From: an uncultured Chloroflexia bacterium
GTDB lineage: Bacteria; Chloroflexota; Limnocylindria; Limnocylindrales; CSP1-4
NCBI GenBank assembly: GCA_963757055.1
Contig: CAVWPX010000008.1
Location: 272,298 to 336,297 of the forward strand
Reading direction: 5' to 3'
Length of the DNA: 64,000 bases
In this document: positions 58,219-64,000 of the stretch, one piece after another
Layout of the letters: every line of letters starts with the position of its first letter
Numbering within the stretch: the stretch's first letter is position 1
Notes under the pieces: model-generated
Told to the model about the DNA's origin: nothing
Seen by the model: only the letters and a program-made list of their open reading frames with translations
Database searches by the model: none
Position numbers and translations under genes: made by a program

Positions 58219-58378
58219 GTCCGCCCTCCTTGCATGGAACCGCTTTCGGATCGGCCCGCCGCGCAGGCACGTTTGCAAATAGATGCCGTGAGCGCAATAT
58301 ATTTCATGCGCCCCTCGTGGGTAGCCCCACCGTCGTCGACATCGCTCCACCGCCGTTGGGAGCACCATCTCAGGACCC

Positions 58379-59164
58379 TTGGCCGGACTACCGTTCCTCG
58401 TCGATTTGACAAGTCGCCGCGCTTCCAGCTGGGACCGGTCCGGAGGCAACGACGACGTCTCGATCATCGGGCCGGGTGCCGTGTTGCCGCTCGCCGAGAT
58501 CGCGGAGCCGGGCGTCATCCGCCATCTCTGGATGACCGCTGAGTCCGCCGACCCGCAGTTCCTGCGCAAGGTCGTGCTTCGCGCGCGCTGGGACGGCGAA
58601 CCCTCGCCGAGCATCGAGGGGCCCCTCGGCGACTTCTTCGGCATGGGCCACGCGATGATCCGTACGTTCTGGTCGTTGCCGCTGCAAATGAGCCCCGAGG
58701 ACGGACGGGGCTTCAACTGCCGGTTCCCGATGCCGTTCGAGACGGCGGTCGTCTGGGTCGAGAACCATTCGGACCGCCCGGTGACGCTGTTCTACTACGT
58801 CGACTACGAACTCGCGGTGGCGTCCGGCATCCGGGAGCAGGGACGATTCCACGCCCAGTGGCGGCGCCAGGCGTGCGTCGGGATCGACGAGGGAGACCTC
58901 ACGAATGAGGAGTTCCAACGAGGCGGCGTGAACCTCAGCTGCGACGGTAATTACCTGATCCTGGAGGCCGAAGGACGAGGCCACTACGTCGGGTGCAACT
59001 TGAACATCGAGAACCGGCGCGACGTCCCGCTCGACGTCTTCAACTGGTACGGGGAGGGCGATGACACGATCTTCGTGGACGGCGAGCCGTTCCCGCCGTC
59101 GGTCGGGCGTCGCGGCCGGTTGTCGGCGAGGCCTTCCTTCGCGGCACGCCGGATGCGACGATAG
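58379..59164 (+). pseudogene. DUF2961 / GH172-like protein, 3'-truncated remnant
   Basis: RRASSWDRSGGNDDV..GVIRHLWMT..GDFFGMGH..NWYGEGDDTIFVDGEPFPPS. The sequence then degenerates (VGRRGRLSARPS..) and stops 7 nt before the SorC gene. The usual C-terminal third is missing in all frames. Confidence 0.6.
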
Positions 59165-59170
59165 GGGTCT

Positions 59171-60221
59171 ATGGACGTGGCAACGGGCAACGAGACGAAC
59201 GCGGACGGTGGGCGCCGGGATGGTCCCCTCGGCGCCGGTGGGGTGCGACACGCGGACGGCGGCGACGCGTTCCTCCTGGCCGAGATCGCGCGCCAGTACT
59301 ACATCGTCGGCCGGACACAGGCGGAGATCGGCCGCGATCATGACCTGGACGCCTCGACGGTCTCGCGCCACCTGAAGCGGGCCCGCGAGGAAGGGATCGT
59401 TCGCATCGAGATCCCGACCGCCCCAACGACGGGTCGTGGACCCGGGGCTCGGACGGGAAGTGGCCGCCCGCTTCGGACTCAAGCGCGCGATCATCGCAGC
59501 GCCGGAGTCCACGAGCCCGGTGCCGGTGATCGCGGCCGAGTACGTGGGGAGCATCCTCGAGACGGGTATGCGCCTCGGAGTCGCGTCCTGGAGCACGACG
59601 ATCTCGAACGTGGCGCGCGCCCTCGAACCGGGATCCGTGTCCAACCTGAGCGTCGCCGCGCTTGCGGGTGGCGTCAGCGACCCGGTGCTCGGCGCGGAGC
59701 AGCGCGAGCTGGTCACGTTCGTCGCCGGCCTGTATCCCGACAGCATCGCCTTCTACTTGCATGCGCCCTTGATCCTCGACTCGCCCGCCGTTCGGGAGGC
59801 GCTCGTCGCGGAGAGTTCCGTTCGTGCCGCCCTGGCGGCCGCCGCGCAAAGCACTGTTGGTCTCGTCGGCATCGGCGAGCTCAGCTCGCAGGCAACCGTG
59901 GTCCGTGCGAGCGTGGTCAGCCGGGAGGATGCCGTCGGGCTCACCAAGGCGGGCGTGGTTGGCTCGCTGTGTGGGCACTTCTTCGACGCGCAGGGTCGCC
60001 CGGCCGGGCATCTCGAACCGCGCACGATCGCCCTGACTTGGGAGGAGCTGCGGAGAATCCCCCGGGTGATCGCCGTAGCCTACGGGCCCGAGAAGATCGA
60101 CGCGATCGCCGGCGCGCTGCGGTCCGGCGTCGTTCATATTCTCGTCTCCGACATGCCGACGGCCACGGCCCTGCTCGCCCTGGAGTCGATCGCCCAACTC
60201 CGAGCGGTGGGACGTGACTGA
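59171..60221 (+). pseudogene. SorC/DeoR-type sugar-binding transcriptional regulator; one frame interruption
   Basis: HTH: LLAEIARQYYIVGRTQAEIGRDHDLDASTVSRHLKRAREEGIVRIEI. It then continues (about 59425) one base on as VVDPGLGREVAARFGLKRAIIA..GIGELS..VIAVAYGPEKIDAIAGALRSG. Confidence 0.78.
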
Positions 60222-60265
60222 CCCTTCGCGGGCGCGCCAGGCAGAGGCCCAGGTTCGAGGGGGAG

Positions 60266-60340
60266 TGGAGCCGACACTCGGACTTGAACCGAGGACCTGC
60301 TGTTTACGAAACAGCTGCTCTACCACTGAGCTATGTCGGC
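60266..60340 (-). tRNA. tRNA-Thr (anticodon CGT)
   Basis: I folded this by hand. The acceptor GCCGACA/TGTCGGC has 7 of 7 pairs. D arm is GCTC-AGTGGTA-GAGC. The anticodon stem GCTGT/ACAGC carries the loop TTCGTAA. T arm is CTCGG-TTCAAGT-CCGAG. Discriminator T is followed by an encoded CCA. Confidence 0.93.
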
Positions 60341-60585
60341 CCGGGTTTCACGCTCAGTCACCGCTGATGACTGGCGATTCCACCGATTCCGGTTGACGCA
60401 CAACGCTCGAATAGCGGATGAGTGTGCACCAGTCATGGCGACACAACGAGCGAGTTCGAGACATCCGGCGACCTCCGGCGCTGCCGATCTTAGCGCACCC
60501 GGTGATCCGACCCCAACGCGGCTTCCTTCGCCCGCTATCTCAGGGTGGCCAATATCGCGCCGGCGACCCTCAAGGTCATGACTCA

Positions 60586-61500
60586 TCAGGTATGAGGAGC
60601 GAGCCGATCCTCGACGAGCTCCCACAACTCCGGTGGGATGGCGAGGGTAGCGTTGCGCACGAGCTCGTCGATCCGCTGTGGTGCGCTGACGCCGACGACG
60701 GTCGAACGGATGCGCGGGTCGCGGGTCGAGAACTGCAGCGCGAGCGCGGCCAGCGGGACACCGAACGTGCCGCAGATCTGATGCAACCACTCGACCGTCG
60801 CCACCAGCGTCGGAGACGGTGCTCGGTATCCGTAGCGCGGGCTTGACGCGAGGGGCTTCGCCAGGATCCCGCTCGCATAGGGCGCGGCATTGACGAACGC
60901 CACACCGGCGGAGACACAGTCCGTGATCAGCGGACTCGCCGAACGGTCCAGGAGCGTGAAGCGGTTGTGGTTCAAGATGACGTCCAGCAGGCCGGTGTCA
61001 AGGTAGCGACGCATCTCGCCCAGATCGCCGCCGGCGACACCGATGAGACCCACCAGTCCCTGGGCCTTGAGTTCGCGGATCGCGTCCAGGGAGCTGCCGG
61101 GTCTGACCATGTCGGCGAAGTCGAACCTCTCCGGGTCATGGAGGTAGTAGACGTCGAGCCGATCGACGCCCAGGCGGGCAGCGCTCTCAGCGAACGATTC
61201 GCGTACCCGGTCGCCGTCGAGGATGCCCTTGGCCCGCGCGGGGTCTGCCTTGGACGCGATGACGACCCGCTGCCCGCTGGCGCCCGACGCACGCAGCACG
61301 GTACCGATCCGGCGTTCGCTCTCGCCGTCACCATATTCGTTCGAGGTGTCGATGAAGGTGAGACCACGATCGAGGGCGTGACGGATGGTCGCGACCGCTT
61401 GAGCCTCGTCGACGTCGTACCCATAGATGTCAGGCATGCCGCCGAGCGGGCTCGTTCCCAGGCAGATCTTCGGCATCGAGAAACCGTCTAGCTCGGACAA
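60586..61500 (-). CDS. aldo/keto reductase (L-fucose / D-threo-aldose dehydrogenase-like)
   Basis: 304 aa: LGTSPLGG..FIDTSNEYGDGESE..LDVYYLHDP..ILNHNRFTLL. Confidence 0.8.
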   Translation of the reverse strand: MSELDGFSMPKICLGTSPLGGMPDIYGYDVDEAQAVATIRHALDRGLTFIDTSNEYGDGESERRIGTVLRASGASGQRVVIASKADPARAKGILDGDRVRESFAESAARLGVDRLDVYYLHDPERFDFADMVRPGSSLDAIRELKAQGLVGLIGVAGGDLGEMRRYLDTGLLDVILNHNRFTLLDRSASPLITDCVSAGVAFVNAAPYASGILAKPLASSPRYGYRAPSPTLVATVEWLHQICGTFGVPLAALALQFSTRDPRIRSTVVGVSAPQRIDELVRNATLAIPPELWELVEDRLAPHT

Positions 61501-61571
61501 GCTCTGCCTTTCACTTCGCGTCGATGACGACCACGGGGATCACGCCCAGGTCGCCCGGACGGGTGAGCCGC

Positions 61572-62336
61572 TCACCGACCGAGCCATCCCCCGTCGACCG
61601 GCAGGACGATGCCGTTGACGTAGTCCGAGGCGGCGGACGCGAGGAACACGGTCGCCCCCGCGAGATCGGATGGTTGACCCCAGCGACCGGCCGGGATGCG
61701 TTCCAGGATCGAGCGGTGCCGGTCGGGGTCGTCGTACAACGCCTGGGTGTTGTCGGTGGCGATATACCCGGGCGCGATCGCGTTGACGTTCACGCCCTTC
61801 GACGCCCACTCGTTGGACAGCGCCTTGGTGAGCCCGACGAGGCCGCTCTTGGCGGCGGTGTAGCCGGGCACGTTGATCCCGCCCTGGAAGCTCAGCATCG
61901 ACGCCGTGAAGATGACCTTGCCGCGTCCGCGGGCGATCATCGAGCGGCCGATCTCACGGGTGAGGACGAACTGGCTCGTCAGGTCGACCTGCAGGACGCG
62001 GTCCCAGTCCTCGTCGGTGTGCACGGCCGCGGGTGCGCGCGCGATCGTGCCTGCGTTGTTGACCAGGATGTCCACCGGCCGTGCGAGGTCATCCAGCAGC
62101 TGGGCCAGCCTGCGTACGTCCTCCGGGTTCGCGAAGTCGGCCGCGAGCCCGGTGAACTCGCGCCCGCACGCTCGTACTCGCTGCTCGAGGACACTGCCCT
62201 CGGCCTCCATGGAGGCGCTGACACCGATGATGTCGGCGCCGGCTTCGGCGAGGGCCTCCGCCATGGCCCGGCCGATGCCGCGGCGGGCGCCCGTGACGAC
62301 GGCGAGCCGGCCGCTCAGGTCGAAGAGCCCGCTCAT
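61572..62336 (-). CDS. SDR (KduD / 2-keto-3-deoxy-L-fuconate dehydrogenase-like)
   Basis: ATG 62336 overlaps the upstream stop (ATGA). Motifs: VAVVTGARRGIGRAMA..NNAG..YTAAKSG..VNAIAPGYIAT. Confidence 0.85.
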   Translation of the reverse strand: MSGLFDLSGRLAVVTGARRGIGRAMAEALAEAGADIIGVSASMEAEGSVLEQRVRACGREFTGLAADFANPEDVRRLAQLLDDLARPVDILVNNAGTIARAPAAVHTDEDWDRVLQVDLTSQFVLTREIGRSMIARGRGKVIFTASMLSFQGGINVPGYTAAKSGLVGLTKALSNEWASKGVNVNAIAPGYIATDNTQALYDDPDRHRSILERIPAGRWGQPSDLAGATVFLASAASDYVNGIVLPVDGGWLGR

Positions 62337-63376
62337 GCGTCGGCGCTCGCTCGGCAGTCGATGAGGACCTTCATGACTCCGCCGCCACGTTCGAGCTGCA
62401 CGAAGGCGTCGGCGGCCTCCGACAACGGCACCACGGCGGAGATCAGGGCGTCGGCGGGGACGACCCCCGCGGCGACGAGGTCGACCGCGCGCTCGTAGTC
62501 GGCACGTTCGTAGACACGCGCGCCGATGACCGTCAGCTCCCGCCAGAACAGCCGGAACAGGCTGACCGGGCGGGCCTGAGGGTGGATGGCGACGACGACG
62601 AGCCGGCCGCGCACACCGAGGGCATCGATCGCCGTGTCCAGTCCGGGTTGTGAACCGGACACCTCGAACGCCAACGGGACGCCGGCGCCCTGCGTCCATG
62701 CTTCCAGGTGGCCGGCCACGTCGTCGGTGGTCGGGTCGAGCACATCGAAGCCGAGCTCGGCGATGACCGACCGTCGGTGGGCGTCGACCTCGAGGACAAG
62801 GACCTCACCGCCGGCCTCACGGGCGACCACCGCGACGAGCAACCCGACGGGACCGCCACCGACCACAAGGACCTTCTCACCCGGCGAGAGCTGGGCTCGT
62901 CGGACGTCGTGAACGGCCACGGCCGTGGGTTCCACGAGAGCTGCGTCCCGCAGCGAGATCTCGTCCGGCAGCCGGACGAGGATGCGTGATGGGACCGTCC
63001 ATGAGGACTGCATGGCACCAGGGGAGTCGATGCCGACGAAGATGAGTCGCTGGCAGATGTGTTGGTGGCCTGCCAGGCAGGCGGGGCAGGTGCCGCACCA
63101 CTCGAGGGGCATCACCGTCACGGGGTCGCCCACCGACCACGTGTCGACTCCCGGTCCGATCTCGGCGATCCGTCCGGACATCTCATGACCAAGGACAGCT
63201 GGCACGGTGACGCGCTGATCCATGTCCCCGTGCAGGATGTGCAGGTCGGTCCCGCAGATGCCGGTAAAGGCCACGTCGATCCGGACCTCTCCCGGTCCTG
63301 GGGCCTGTCGAGCGACGGGGGCGACATCGATGGCGTGACCGCCGACGTAGCGGGCAGCCGTGGTCTCGGTCGTCAC
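62333..63376 (-). CDS. Zn-dependent medium-chain alcohol/polyol dehydrogenase
   Basis: [50 protein letters not shown] 63376 overlaps the fucD stop (GTGA). Alternative ATG at 63397. Confidence 0.85.
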   Translation of the reverse strand: MTTETTAARYVGGHAIDVAPVARQAPGPGEVRIDVAFTGICGTDLHILHGDMDQRVTVPAVLGHEMSGRIAEIGPGVDTWSVGDPVTVMPLEWCGTCPACLAGHQHICQRLIFVGIDSPGAMQSSWTVPSRILVRLPDEISLRDAALVEPTAVAVHDVRRAQLSPGEKVLVVGGGPVGLLVAVVAREAGGEVLVLEVDAHRRSVIAELGFDVLDPTTDDVAGHLEAWTQGAGVPLAFEVSGSQPGLDTAIDALGVRGRLVVVAIHPQARPVSLFRLFWRELTVIGARVYERADYERAVDLVAAGVVPADALISAVVPLSEAADAFVQLERGGGVMKVLIDCRASADA

Positions 63377-64000
63377 GACTTCCCCTGAGACGCCCATACG
63401 CGTCCGTCGGGGAACTGATAGTCCTCGAGGGTCGCGGGAAGCATCTGGCTGCTGAACCCCGGCATGGTGGGCGCGACGTAGTGCCCGTGCAGGAGCACGG
63501 CCGGGTCGAGGAAGTGCTCGTGGAGGTGGTCGACGTATTCGATGACACGCCCTTCGGTGCTTCCACTGACGGCGACGAGGTCGAACATCGCCAGGTGCCG
63601 CACGAGCTCGCACAGCCCGACCCCACCCGCATGCGGGCAGACCCGAACCCCGAACTTCGCCGCGAGCAGGAGGATCGCGATGTTCTCGTTCACCCCGCCG
63701 ACCCTGGTGGCGTCGATCTGCAGGATATCGAGGGAGCCGGCGGCGAGCATCTGCTTGAAGACGACGCGATTGGCGACGTGCTCGCCGGTCGCGACGAGCA
63801 CCGGGGCGACCTCAGCGCGGATCGCGGCGTGGCCCAGGACGTCATCGGGGCTGGTCGGCTCCTCGATCCAGTAGGGGTCGAATTGGGAGAGCTTGTTGAT
63901 CCAGTCGATGGCCTCGGCGACCTCCCATCGCTGGTTGGCGTCAACGGCGATCGCGATGTCCGGGCCGACGGCAGCGCGCGCGATCGCCATCCGTCGGACG
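63373..64000 (-). CDS. fucD: L-fuconate dehydratase (enolase superfamily), C-terminal part; 5' end lies outside the window
   Basis: [85 protein letters not shown]. This closely resembles FucD/ENOSF1-type sequences as I remember them. Confidence 0.8.
   Translation of the reverse strand, partial: VRRMAIARAAVGPDIAIAVDANQRWEVAEAIDWINKLSQFDPYWIEEPTSPDDVLGHAAIRAEVAPVLVATGEHVANRVVFKQMLAAGSLDILQIDATRVGGVNENIAILLLAAKFGVRVCPHAGGVGLCELVRHLAMFDLVAVSGSTEGRVIEYVDHLHEHFLDPAVLLHGHYVAPTMPGFSSQMLPATLEDYQFPDGRVWASQGKS

Larger units (their letters stand above)
43796..60311. mobile_element. putative tRNA-Thr-associated genomic island (16.47 kb between direct repeats); no integrase found
   Basis: Perfect 49-bp direct repeats lie in the same orientation, one inside an intact tRNA gene. 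The island end next to the orphan repeat is visibly lower in GC. Confidence 0.55.

Noticed and set aside
1148-59430. Programmed +1 ribosomal frameshifting as the explanation for the frame interruptions.
   Set aside because: There are about 31 events in unrelated housekeeping and accessory genes, with no shared slippery or stimulatory motif, and many lie in simple CCC/GGG runs. A technical insertion bias is far more parsimonious.
43845-60262. A hidden integrase among the island ORFs, especially the 389-aa protein at 45542-46711 and the 87-aa HTH protein.
   Set aside because: There is no R..H-x-x-R..Y tyrosine-recombinase pattern, no serine-recombinase N-terminal motif and no DDE signature that I can see. 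A profile search is still needed.
1-64000. CRISPR arrays, rRNA genes or IS elements.
   Set aside because: There are no regularly spaced repeats. The only tandem repeats are 6-, 12- and 33-bp units within or near genes. There are no rRNA-like conserved stretches and no transposase-like ORF with terminal inverted repeats.

Overview
This window is a high-GC chromosomal segment (about 70% G+C by eye) with GC3-rich codons, frequent GTG/TTG starts and many 4-nt start/stop overlaps, consistent with an Actinomycetota-like bacterium. I can support about 70 protein genes and one tRNA; there is no rRNA or CRISPR. Gene content, left to right:
- LigC-type DNA ligase (partial) and a LigD-type Prim-Pol gene
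- YciI plus a long ECF-like sigma factor
- ArsR-AHSA1 operon
- multi-domain rhodanese
- araBDA operon with a divergent LacI-type regulator
- MFS transporter, a divergent SHMT, Dyp peroxidase, GNAT
- TetR and a divergent thioredoxin-like gene
- AraC/VOC, TspO
- a four-gene ABC + two-component module
- a lipid-phosphate cluster (EEP, two PAP2, DAG kinase, PhoD-like)
- beta-carbonic anhydrase and OsmC
- class III adenylate cyclase, flippase-like protein and a PAS-GGDEF protein
- tRNA-Thr(CGT), then the start of a non-phosphorylative L-fucose cluster (FucD)

Main observations:
1. A perfect 49-bp direct repeat of the tRNA-Thr 3' half brackets a 16.47-kb integrase-less island (43796-60311). It carries a sugar/tetrulose-like catabolic cluster. 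At its far end is a lower-GC four-gene module (HEPN-like, PD-(D/E)xK nuclease, a 389-aa unknown, HTH) that is a candidate defence system.
2. araD contains a diverged 113/114-bp direct duplication of its own 3' end, separated by an 81-nt almost pure G+T (C-depleted) tract, yet the reading frame stays open through it.
3. About 31 genes or gene parts have interrupted frames. Every interruption is resolved by skipping exactly one base, often in a CCC/GGG run. This points to a systematic insertion artefact rather than gene decay.
4. There are several regulatory structures: a TetR operator array, an ArsR palindrome, a promoter-plus-terminator leader upstream of the rhodanese gene, and a shared hairpin stem.

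All functional calls rest on motifs read from the translations. No database search was possible.
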